DNA from: an uncultured Acidobacteriota bacterium
GTDB taxonomy: Bacteria; Acidobacteriota; UBA6911
DNA length: 64,000 nt
Assembly: GCA_963843575.1 (NCBI GenBank)
Contig: CAWJKZ010000026.1
Coordinates: forward strand, 64,001 to 128,000
Reading direction: 5' to 3'
Every line of letters begins with the position of its first letter. Within the stretch, counting starts at the first letter, position 1. Below are positions 51,229 to 60,600 of this stretch, piece after piece. A program made the position numbers and the translations under genes. A model generated the notes under the pieces. That model did not search any database. It was not told where the DNA came from and saw only the letters and a list, made by a program, of their open reading frames with translations.

Positions 51229-52008
51229 TTACGAAGCAGGGGCGAAAGCGAAATCCACTTCCCTGGTTTCCTTCTCGCCCACGCTGATCTTCTGCGTCCT
51301 GGTGCCGAACCTTTCATGCCAGGCTTCTATGACGTAGTCGCCGGGAGGCAGGTTCCTGAGGGTATAGGTCCCTTCCGGACCGGTCACGCTGAAATAAGGG
51401 TGCGCAACGACCCCGAAGTAGCTGGACATCCACTTGTGCACGTCGCACTTGAACCGGATCATTATCTCGGGGGACGGGAAGCTTCTCTCGCTGGACATGC
51501 CCTGAATCGGCTGGCCGATGTTGAATTCCGGGTTTTTCTCCGCGACGCAGCGGATGTTGTGCAGCGTCGTATCGGCGTTCACGATCCGGAGTTTCTGGCC
51601 GACCATGATACCGCCCACGTGCGGGGCAAAGCGGCAACCTTCCTGAGAGAGGACGACCGGTTCCGCGGGCGGTGGGAACGAGTAGCCTTCGAGCCCTTCC
51701 TTGACCCAGACAAACACATTCTGCAGCTTCCCCTCCCGGACTACGATTTCCTCGGTGTACAGCGGATCCTTGTGGAGAATCGCGCAGGTGGGATCGGAGG
51801 TCAGATTGATCGCGGCAGCCGGGGGCGGCGTGCCGGAAAATGTGATCCTGCCGCTTACGACCGCAGTGCTTCGTGCGGCGTCGGGCGCGGCTCGCCCGGC
51901 CATGTCGGGGGATTGGCCGCTGCCCTGCGGTTCCGGTTTCGTGCCGCAGCCGGCTGCACACAAGAGCGTCGTGAGGATCAGAAATGCCCGGAGCTTCCTT
52001 GTGTCCAC
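51229..52008 (-). CDS. Lipoprotein with carboxypeptidase-regulatory-like and cupredoxin-like domain
   Basis: Lipobox 'AAGC', 'Q.GC.F.PH', 'LHN', 'CDVHKWM', 'HPYF' and 'AWHE'; GTG start with GGAGG RBS. Confidence 0.75.
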   Translation of the reverse strand: MDTRKLRAFLILTTLLCAAGCGTKPEPQGSGQSPDMAGRAAPDAARSTAVVSGRITFSGTPPPAAAINLTSDPTCAILHKDPLYTEEIVVREGKLQNVFVWVKEGLEGYSFPPPAEPVVLSQEGCRFAPHVGGIMVGQKLRIVNADTTLHNIRCVAEKNPEFNIGQPIQGMSSERSFPSPEIMIRFKCDVHKWMSSYFGVVAHPYFSVTGPEGTYTLRNLPPGDYVIEAWHERFGTRTQKISVGEKETREVDFAFAPAS

Positions 52009-52156
52009 GTCCAGCCTCCCAGGCGGAAACGGTGCGGGGCTCGAGATCGGTTTTGCCGTGTCCGAAGGCGACAACACTACGGCCCGGAACCACTTATGAT
52101 ACGGAACTCTCCGCAAACGCGTCAAGCTTAACAGGCGTCTGTGCGCGCCGTGGGGG

Positions 52157-54619
52157 TTATGCGCTTTCCAGGGCGCGGACTCCGAGCAGCGGTTCCAGCA
52201 CCAGCCGTTCCTCGAGCGGGAGTTCCAGCAGGACGCGCGGATCCCGGGTCTCCGCGTAGGCGAGGGCGCCGTTGAGCAGACGGAAGGCGAGGGCGAATTC
52301 GGCGTCGGTAGCCCATTCGTGCCACAGGTCTCGCCAGAGCCGCAGGTCGGGGAGTGGGGCCGTCGACATCGCCGGGATCGAATCCACCAAGCCCTGGGCC
52401 AGTGCCCGCAACGCACGGTGCTTGCGGTAGATGAGCACCACCAGGCGTATCGCGAGGCGCAGGCGAGATCGGTCCCCGATGAGATCGGTCAGGTTGCGGA
52501 CGATGGACGTGGTGTTCCCGGCATCCGGTGTTTCACAGTGGGCAAAGCGGAGCAGCGCCGAGTCCAGCGTAACGCCGCCCTCACGCCAACGCTGCAGGGC
52601 CAGGAGAGACTCGGCCTCCTTGAAGTGGACAAAAGAGGAGTCCTCGCCGAGCCGACGGGACTTGCGAAATGCACCGAGGGCGTCGTCGTGTTGACACAGG
52701 TTCGCCAGGGCTGACCCGCGGACAACCCAGCCGAGCGGGTCAGACGGAGCCCGCGCGATGGCGGCGTCGGCGCTCACGAGGGCCTCGTCCAGCCTCTTGA
52801 GTTCGATGAGAGCAGCGCTCTGGTGGACAAAGGCGCGGGCGTTTTCCGGATCGAGGGAGGTCGCGGCCTCCAGGAATCCGAGCGCCTCATCGAATCGGCC
52901 CAAGCTCGACAGTACGACGCCGCAGCCGAAGTGGGCGACAGGATCTTCCGGGTCGCGCGCGATGGCTTGATGATAGGCGCCCACGGCATCCTCGTACCGG
53001 CCATGCGTCTCGAATATTTCCGCACAGGTGATATAGGCGTCGGAGGCCTCCGGGTCGAGCCCGAGCGCCTTCTCGCAGGCATTGAGCGCCATCTGGTGGT
53101 GACCGAGGGTGTGAAGCAGCGACGCTCGCAGTGCCCAGCCCCGCGCGTCCTCGGGCGACAGTTCGAGCATTTTGTCGCAGGCCGCCAGCGCCTCTTGCGG
53201 TTTACCTCCGTGCACCAGGCAGACGGCGCGGGCGAGCCAGTCCTGGGCATCGTCGCGGATGACCGTGAGCTCCTCGACGGCCCTGAGTGCACGCCCAAAA
53301 TCACCTCTCTCGACCGCGTGATTGTACTCGCCGCCGCAGGCCGCGATGCGTGGATCGGTCTGGCCGGACTCGGCCAACCGCAAAGCCGGCACGCCGTACT
53401 TGCGCTCCAGCACCGCTTCCCGGTGGAGTTCCGACAGCCTCTGCTTCAGTTCGCCCGGCGAATACCAGAGGCCCAGAAACTCGATCAGGAGGCGTATCGG
53501 TTCGTCCCGGTGCTTCTTGACCTCGACCGACAAGCGCATCAGCGGCTCGCGCAGTTCGTAGTACTTTTCACGCCCCGAGGCGATCGAGTGCAAGTACCCG
53601 GTCTCGCTCAAGGTCTCGAGCTGGGAAACCGCTGTAGCCGGAGCCAGAAAACAGTGCTGCGCGATTTCCCGGGCTGAAACGGCGGACCGCCGCTCGCACA
53701 TCCACTCCAGAACCTTGCGCAGTTTGGGCGGCAGACCGCTGATGCGGGACTGGTAATAGGGCGTCAGGTCGTCAATTGTGCGCACCAGCGGTTCGACGAG
53801 GTCTTCCAGCGATTCACTCGTGATGAACTCCGAAAAGATGATGCACACACGGTGGTTGCCCCCTGCCAGGTACTTCAGCGCCCTGATCCTGGAGCGGCCC
53901 AGCGGGGTCACCAGGAAGGCGGCGAGCCTCCCGTTCCCGGTATGCTGGGCGATCTTCGACAGCAGCAGGGAAGTGTCCTCGAGCGACAACCCCTCCAGAA
54001 GGTGCCGATGAAAGAAGTTGCAGAACGGGGACGACGGGCGCAACAGCCCGTTCCAAAGCGACTGCGCCGTCGCCACGAACATCCAGAAAGGATTGTCCCT
54101 GAGGTAGACGTGCAGGCGGTACTGGCCCGCGTCGCCGAGTCCTTTAAACAAATCGTCCAGGTTTTCCGCGAAAACGAGGAGCGTTCGGTTTCCAACTAAT
54201 CCCCGGAGAAGGTGGGTCGCCTCGCGTTCGGCCTGCTCAGGGGGCAGTTTGTAGAGTGCTTCGACCGTCTGGGCGAAGGCTGGGTCGCCGACCGTAGTCT
54301 CCACCGCCCGCAGCGTTCGCAGCAGGAGGTCGAGAACCGAATTGACGCCCCACTCTTCCTCCCGCAGCCAGGCAATCACCACCCGGCCGCTGAGTTCTTG
54401 GTCACGCCGGATCCGGTGGCTGAGTATCGAAATCAGGTGAGTCTTGCCAATCCCACGCGGGCCGACCAGCAGCGTGTGGCCCTTGACAGGCGCCTGCACG
54501 CTCTGTCTGATGCGCTCCAGGACTTCCTGCGCCAGCCCTTCCCGCTGGACAAAGATCGCTTCCAGCGCTTCCGGGTCCATCATGCTGGGAGTGAAGCGCG
54601 ACAGAAATGTTGCCGACAT
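52157..54619 (-). CDS. STAND-like P-loop ATPase + winged HTH + TPR protein
   Basis: Walker A 'GPRGIGKT', Walker B 'LVFAENLD', 'GGNHR', 'DDLTPYYQ', an HTH segment, about 8 TPRs, and C-terminal 'LLELPLEER'. Confidence 0.8.
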   Translation of the reverse strand: MSATFLSRFTPSMMDPEALEAIFVQREGLAQEVLERIRQSVQAPVKGHTLLVGPRGIGKTHLISILSHRIRRDQELSGRVVIAWLREEEWGVNSVLDLLLRTLRAVETTVGDPAFAQTVEALYKLPPEQAEREATHLLRGLVGNRTLLVFAENLDDLFKGLGDAGQYRLHVYLRDNPFWMFVATAQSLWNGLLRPSSPFCNFFHRHLLEGLSLEDTSLLLSKIAQHTGNGRLAAFLVTPLGRSRIRALKYLAGGNHRVCIIFSEFITSESLEDLVEPLVRTIDDLTPYYQSRISGLPPKLRKVLEWMCERRSAVSAREIAQHCFLAPATAVSQLETLSETGYLHSIASGREKYYELREPLMRLSVEVKKHRDEPIRLLIEFLGLWYSPGELKQRLSELHREAVLERKYGVPALRLAESGQTDPRIAACGGEYNHAVERGDFGRALRAVEELTVIRDDAQDWLARAVCLVHGGKPQEALAACDKMLELSPEDARGWALRASLLHTLGHHQMALNACEKALGLDPEASDAYITCAEIFETHGRYEDAVGAYHQAIARDPEDPVAHFGCGVVLSSLGRFDEALGFLEAATSLDPENARAFVHQSAALIELKRLDEALVSADAAIARAPSDPLGWVVRGSALANLCQHDDALGAFRKSRRLGEDSSFVHFKEAESLLALQRWREGGVTLDSALLRFAHCETPDAGNTTSIVRNLTDLIGDRSRLRLAIRLVVLIYRKHRALRALAQGLVDSIPAMSTAPLPDLRLWRDLWHEWATDAEFALAFRLLNGALAYAETRDPRVLLELPLEERLVLEPLLGVRALESA

Positions 54620-54836
54620 AGAAAGCGCCGTCTTCTTCCGCAACGCCGGCATGCCCAGGGCAAGCCGGACGACAACAGCATGGTACTCGCGCGAGTCGAT
54701 CCGAATATACTGCAAATCAGCGCGCCCGGCACGTAGATCCGACTCGGCACCACTTGGCTTTCAGGCCGATACGTCGCGCCGTTTAGGCGGGCGCTGGCGC
54801 GACGCCCGCGATCGCGCGCGATCCTCCGAGGTTGAT

Positions 54837-55079
54837 TCAGGCCTGTTTTTCCAGGTCTGCCAACGTGTAATCCTTCATCTCGATCACGCTCTTTACCCCG
54901 AGCCGGGCACACGCACCGTCATATATCTGCTTGACCGCCTTCTTGGCCTCCTGCAGTTCCTTGAGCTTGGCCTTGGCTTTGGCCAGTTCGGCCACAATGT
55001 CCCTGTCCAGAAGATCCAGCTCTTCCTTTGCCATCTGGCGGGTTGTCTCATAGCGCAGTTTCTGCTGTTCCGTCAACAT
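54837..55079 (-). CDS. Small coiled-coil hypothetical protein
   Basis: 80 aa, K/E-rich helical sequence; 6 bp downstream of the TonB-C gene; AGGA RBS. Confidence 0.75.
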   Translation of the reverse strand: MLTEQQKLRYETTRQMAKEELDLLDRDIVAELAKAKAKLKELQEAKKAVKQIYDGACARLGVKSVIEMKDYTLADLEKQA

Positions 55080-55085
55080 GTCATC

Positions 55086-56720
55086 CTACCTCTGATTGGT
55101 GAATACAACGGTGACTTTCCCCTGACTGGCAACGTTGCTTCCGCCGAGGGTTGCCGGCTTGAAACGCCACTTCCTGACGGCGTCCTCCGCCGCGGCATGA
55201 AAGAGTTGCGGCCCGCTGATGGGCTTCGCCTTGGTCACTCGGCCTTGCGCGTCAATTTCAATTTCAAGGTCTACCGTGCCCGAGATGTTTCTCTTGCGGG
55301 CGATGTCCGGGAAAACCGGCAGCACCCTCGACAAAAGCACAGCCTGCGTGCCCGACGGGTTTGCCGCCGGCACTCCGCTGGAAGGGGAGGCGGTTGGAAG
55401 CCGGGGTGCCGGCGCCGCCGCAGGCAGGGAAGTTGAGGTGGGAGACGGGAGGTTTGCGGCGGTCGATGTGGCGGGGGGCCCCGGTGCGGGGTCGGTCGGT
55501 TCTTCCGCTGCCGGTCGTGTGTCCGCTGCGGCGTGCTCTCCCTGCAGCCCCACCGAACCGGCCGGCGCTTGCGTTACCTGGGGATCATCCGCCGCCGGAG
55601 CCGCTGCCGGTGCGACCGGGGGTGGCGCAGTCGGCGTCACTTGCCGGATTTCATCCGGTGGACGCGTTCTGGGCGCACCTGCCTCGTTGAGCGCACGCGC
55701 TGGTGGGCTGGAGTCGTTGCCGGACCTGCGGGTCTTCGTGGCGGCTCCTGGCTCAGGCTCTATCGCTTCCTGGGACGGCTGTTTTGCCGCGGCAGTCACC
55801 TCGGGTGCCTGCGGTCCGTTGTCGACGGCCGACGCGGGGAGGGCCGGGGGGGTCGTTTCCTCTGCTGGACCTTCGGCGGGTACCGCAGACGCTCCGGTCG
55901 GACTTGGCGCACTCCTGGGGCGCGGCCTGAACAGGAAATACAGCAGGATGGCGGTGATCACCAGGTAAACGATGATCCCCACCCTTATCAGGATCTTCCG
56001 TCGGGAGTGCTCGGGTTGCGTGTTCAGGGTCCAAAGCGGCCTTTCATATTCGTCAGCCACTTCCCGGACGCCGTCCTGGACGGCCGCGGGAGTCTCCTCT
56101 GACGCCGGCGTGACGGCGATCGCCGAGGCGTTGAACGATGGATCAATGAGGGCGCTGCCCGGGTCGTCGGCATCGACCGTTGCCTGGGTAAGAGAGGCGT
56201 CGGGTTGCGCGAGTGCGGGCCCGGGGACTTCGAGGGGTTCCGGCGTGGCCGTGGGTACTTCCGGGACCACGGGTGCCGGTTCCTCCGCGTCCACCGCCGA
56301 GAGCTGTTCCAGGTCGTCGATTGTATGGGCGATGCTCTCGTCCAAATCGTTCGCGGGTCGAATGAACGGCAGTGGAGCCGTGTCCGGAGACTGCGAGGCC
56401 GTTGAGGGTGGCGGGTCGGTCCGGGCCGTGGCGTCGTCCACGGCGGCTGGTATGGCTGCCGCCAGTCCCGTCAGGTGCGCGCTGACGTCCGTTTCCGGGC
56501 TCAACTCGGAAAGCAGCGCGTCCACCTGCTCTGTCGACGTCTCGTGGGATGACTCGTATTCCGCCGTAACCGAGTTGGCGTGCTCCAAAAAGTTGAAGAC
56601 GAGCCTGTCCAACTCATCCGGCCGATCCGTGGGGGGGTCTCCAACCGGGAGCGCGGCGCCATCGGCCGCATCGTCATGCGTCTGGTCCGAATGGAGAATC
56701 TTCTTCGGGTCGCTGCTCAC
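55086..56720 (-). CDS. TonB C-terminal-domain protein with long acidic cytoplasmic N-terminus
   Basis: Acidic N-region, single TM 'ILIRVGIIVYLVITAILLYFLF', Pro/Ala linker and 'P.FP..A....ISGTV...ID..G.V...AA..AV.KW.F.PA'. Confidence 0.8.
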   Translation of the reverse strand: MSSDPKKILHSDQTHDDAADGAALPVGDPPTDRPDELDRLVFNFLEHANSVTAEYESSHETSTEQVDALLSELSPETDVSAHLTGLAAAIPAAVDDATARTDPPPSTASQSPDTAPLPFIRPANDLDESIAHTIDDLEQLSAVDAEEPAPVVPEVPTATPEPLEVPGPALAQPDASLTQATVDADDPGSALIDPSFNASAIAVTPASEETPAAVQDGVREVADEYERPLWTLNTQPEHSRRKILIRVGIIVYLVITAILLYFLFRPRPRSAPSPTGASAVPAEGPAEETTPPALPASAVDNGPQAPEVTAAAKQPSQEAIEPEPGAATKTRRSGNDSSPPARALNEAGAPRTRPPDEIRQVTPTAPPPVAPAAAPAADDPQVTQAPAGSVGLQGEHAAADTRPAAEEPTDPAPGPPATSTAANLPSPTSTSLPAAAPAPRLPTASPSSGVPAANPSGTQAVLLSRVLPVFPDIARKRNISGTVDLEIEIDAQGRVTKAKPISGPQLFHAAAEDAVRKWRFKPATLGGSNVASQGKVTVVFTNQR

Positions 56721-57064
56721 GACATTGACCTCATACTGCAGGACGACGGGGTCGCAGAGAAATCGACGGGCGGAAGCCGTGCGGCCGGCCAACACTGTCC
56801 AGTTCGGTATGATACCTTACTCTAGCAGAAGCCCTCAACATAGACAAGCCGCCCCCGACCCTAGCCTGCACATTGTAACAGTTGTCTTTACGAGACACAG
56901 CCCGCAGGTGAATCTCCTGCGTCGGCCGCCCCGTTCTGTTCGCTCCGATGGCCGTAACGCCTACAAGATCTTATCGGCGCCCTCGGGGAATTTATTCCGG
57001 TCGAACTATCTGAGCCTCGGGTGACCTCTGGCCTGCAAGTCGCGTGTTCGCGTCGGGTCGGTTG

Positions 57065-57080
57065 TGGTACGCCCCTTGCT
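57065..57080 (+). promoter_or_regulatory. Sigma54 (-24/-12) promoter upstream of the hemerythrin gene
   Basis: TGGTACGCCCCTTGCT fits TGGCACG-N4-TTGCW with exact GG-N10-GC spacing, about 40 bp before the ATG. Confidence 0.6.
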
Positions 57081-57117
57081 TCAGGGATTGCGACACATCG
57101 AGCCGGAGGTGCTTCTG

Positions 57118-57625
57118 ATGGTTATAAAGAACAGGACGAATACCAGGCCCAACCGATCCGCCAGAAAAGATGCCATTGCCATGTTTGAAGGAGGACCACA
57201 AACGCGTGCAGTATCTCCTGGGAAAGCTCGAAGCGTCCTCGGGCCGCGCTTCAAAATCGCGGGACTCCCTGTTAGCGCGAGTCGAGCGGAAGTGAAAACG
57301 CACGCCACGTTGGAAGATGAGATCTTCTACCCCGCCTACAAAGAAGCGGTGCGCAAGAAAGAGGATCAGAAGCTCTACTTCGAGGCGGCAGAGGAGCACC
57401 ACGTCGCGGACGTGGTCATGGCGGAGTTCCAGGATCAATCCCGATTCGGAATCGTTTGCGGCAAAATGCAAGGTTCTGAAGGACTTGGTCGAGCACCATA
57501 TACGGGAGGAAGAACGTGAGATGTTCCCGGTGGCCCGGAAGACCCTTGGCTCGGATCGCTTGCAGGAGCTTGGCAAGCGCATCGAAGAGCGCAAAGAGGA
57601 ACTCATGGCCGAGAGCGGTCGATGA
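57118..57625 (+). CDS. Hemerythrin-like (HHE) cation-binding protein; frameshifts near 57185 and 57435
   Basis: 'EDHKRV', 'HATLEDEIFYPA', 'EEHH' and 'HHIREEEREMFP'; GGAGGT RBS. Confidence 0.85.
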
Positions 57626-57655
57626 TCCGCTGACGGTCTGTGGCCCATGGGGCCT

Positions 57656-60600
57656 ATGAAGTCGCCCACGAGGAAAACGGCACTGCTGATCACGGCTGCC
57701 GTGGCGCTACTGGTCGCGCTCACCGTTGCCTTACTGCGGACGCCTCTTGTCGTGCGCCTGGCGATGGAGCGCGCGCAGGCGTATCTGCACGACAACTACG
57801 GCATCGACCTCAGCGCCGGACACGCGGACATCGACGTGGCGCGGGGAACTCTCTGGATGCGGGACGTCCTGGCGAAATCCGCCGCGTATCCCGATCTCCC
57901 GGCGATTCTCCGAGTCGACGACGCCTCGGTCAACTTCAGCGTCTTCGACCTGCTCCGAGGGAGGATACACGTTCAATCCGCTCGTCTCACGGGACTGGCA
58001 TTGAACGTCGTTGTCGCGCCGGATGGGCGCAACAACCTGCCGAGCATTGAGCAGCGCGCGCCCTTTCGCGGCTTGCCTCCATTCGTTGTGGATTCGCTCA
58101 CCGTCGAGCGGGCATCGCTCTCCGTGGACGACAGGCAGAAGGACCGGGCCCTCGAGTTGCCGGAGTGGTCGCTGCGCATAATGGGCACGTCGCAACCACT
58201 TGCCCACGAACTCCGCATGAGGTTGCTGCGGGCAGGGATCGTCCGTGCCGAGGCTCGTACCGTCTCGATTGAGCAGTTTGACGCGGTCGCTGCCGTTTCC
58301 AGGACCGACGTGCAGACCTCGACGATCGCGGTGCGTATCGGCGGTTCCTCGCTGCAGATGCGCGGCGCAGTCCGCGACCTCGGGGATCCCGTGCTCGACC
58401 TCTCTTTCGACTCCGTACTGGACCTGCCGGCGCTCAGTCGTCTTGCTCAGACCCCTGAGCAGGTAGGGGGGACATTGCGGGTGAGCGGCCGAGTTGCCGG
58501 AAAGCCGAGTGCCCTCGTGGTTTCAGGCCACGCTCGAGGGGATGGAATCTCAACCGCCGGGTATGACCGGGTCCGCCTCGAGACGGACTATCGCTTTCGT
58601 TCCGGCGACCCTCGTTTGGAGATTGAAAACCTCGACATCTTCTCCCCTTACGGCAGGGTGCAGGCACGCGGCGCGGCGGCTCTTACTCCGGAGCTGCGGA
58701 GTTCGATAGAAGGTCGCATCGAAGACTGGGATCTGGCCCCTCTGGGCCGGTTCCTCGACAAATCCGTGCGGGTTGCCAGCCGCGCAACCGCGAGGTTTGC
58801 GGTGTCGTGGTCCGGTATGGAGGTGGCAAGCGTGTCGGGGTTTGGGCGGCTGCAGCTTGTGCCGAACCGGCAGGCGGCGGCTCGAGGTCTCCTGCCTCTC
58901 GGCGGGGCTGTCGTCGTCCGAGCCCGACCTGGCCAGATCGACGCCACCCTGGAGGCGTTGAGTTTGTTGGGAGCCAGGATTTCCGGTTCGGCCACGTTGC
59001 GCGACGGAAGCCGGATATCCGGCGAAATCACAGGGGATGTCGCTGCCGTGGACCGCTTCCAGGACCAGCTCCAGTCACTCCTGGGAAGGCCCGGCGCTTT
59101 GCTACCCATTCAACTTGCCGGAAGGGCGGCTGTTTCTGCGCGTTTGGCGGGCACCATGTCGGCGCCGTCGGCCGAAGGAACAATTGAGTCTTCCGATCTG
59201 GCATTCGGCCGACTGCGCAACCTGGCTCTGACGGCCCACGCCTACCTTGATCCAGCCCGGCTCTTGATCCGGGATGCCGTGGCGAACATGGGCGGCCAGG
59301 TGCTCCGTATCGCCGGAACTGTCGGATTCGGCGGGAGGGACCCGGTGCTGGACCTCGAGGCTGCTCTGGAGCGTGGATCCATAGTTGCGCTTCTGGCTGC
59401 GGCAGACCTCGACGTTCCTATGAACGGGACGATCGAGGCCCGTGCCCGCGTGGCCGGCCCACTTGGTCAACTGCAGGGGGACGCACACGTTTCGGCGACG
59501 GGGCTGGTGGTCGGGGGGGAAACGCTGGGAACTTTCGGTTTGGATGCCATCCTGGGTGCGGGAACTCTCCGGACGACAAGGGCCGTGCTACAGAAAACCG
59601 CGGGAGACGAAGCCGCCGGTTACATGACCGCCGACGCTTCCTACGACGTCGAATCAGGGATATTTGCCTTCAACGCCGCGGCGCGGGAGTTTTGGCTTCC
59701 GCAGAGACTGCCTGTTGGCGGTAGCATCTCAGGCACTGCTGCGGGCCAGGGCACAGTGCAGGATCCCGTGATCGATCTCAAACTCGAGATCCCGGACATG
59801 TCGGTTCGGGGGGAGAGCGTCGGGAACGCGAGTTTGACCGCGGCGCTCCGGGGAGACGACGGCGAGGTGCGTGCGGAGTTGCCCCGTCTCAACCTGTCCG
59901 CAAACGGTAAGGTCCAGGCGCGTTCCCCGTTCCCGGCCGAGCTGCACGTCGAAGCCCGGGACCTCGACTTGTCGCTGCTCAGGCTCCCGGTTGCCGACGG
60001 TCAGGTACTGGCCGGCCGCATCGACGCTGCCGCAACGGGGACGGCAAACCTAAAAGAATGGAAGGCGGGGGAGGTTTCCGTTGTGGTCAGGAAAGCCAAC
60101 TTGGTTGCGCGTTCCCGGGAACTGCGCAACGACGGCCCAGTACAGGCCCGATATCAGCGAGGCACGTTGGAGATCGACGAGGCTCGTCTCGTGACGGAGT
60201 CGTCCTCCCTGGTTGTCGCCGGCACGATTGCACTCGACCGCGAGGCCCCCCGCAGCAAGCTCACGTTGAAAGGAGCACTCGAGATCGGGGACCTGCAACC
60301 GTTTTTCGAATCTCCTCCCGGTTTCTTCGCGTCCGGCTTGTTGAAATTCGACATGGCGCTGGAGGGAACCCCAGCGGAGATCGGAGCTTCCGGTGGTTTC
60401 TCCATGTCCGACGGCTTTCTGCATGTGCCCCAGATCCGACTGCCACTCACCGATATCGCGATCGATGGGAGTCTGGGCGACGGCGCGGTGCAGGTGCGAT
60501 CGGCCGAATCGCTGTGGGGCGCAGGGCGGATTACATACGCCGGCGAGATTCCGCTTGGGCTGCTCCCGAGAATGCCGTTTCGCTTCGAGCGGAAGCAGGG

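Noticed and set aside
6996-57625. Many frameshifted genes (top6B, uxuB, uxaA, gfo, APC, plsC, gcvT, omp85, DUF2911, MATE, lipoprotein, hemerythrin) as mass pseudogenisation or programmed frameshifting
   Set aside because: The breaks are small indels in GC runs with otherwise intact motifs and no consistent slippery sites. This pattern fits long-read consensus error; read polishing would settle it.
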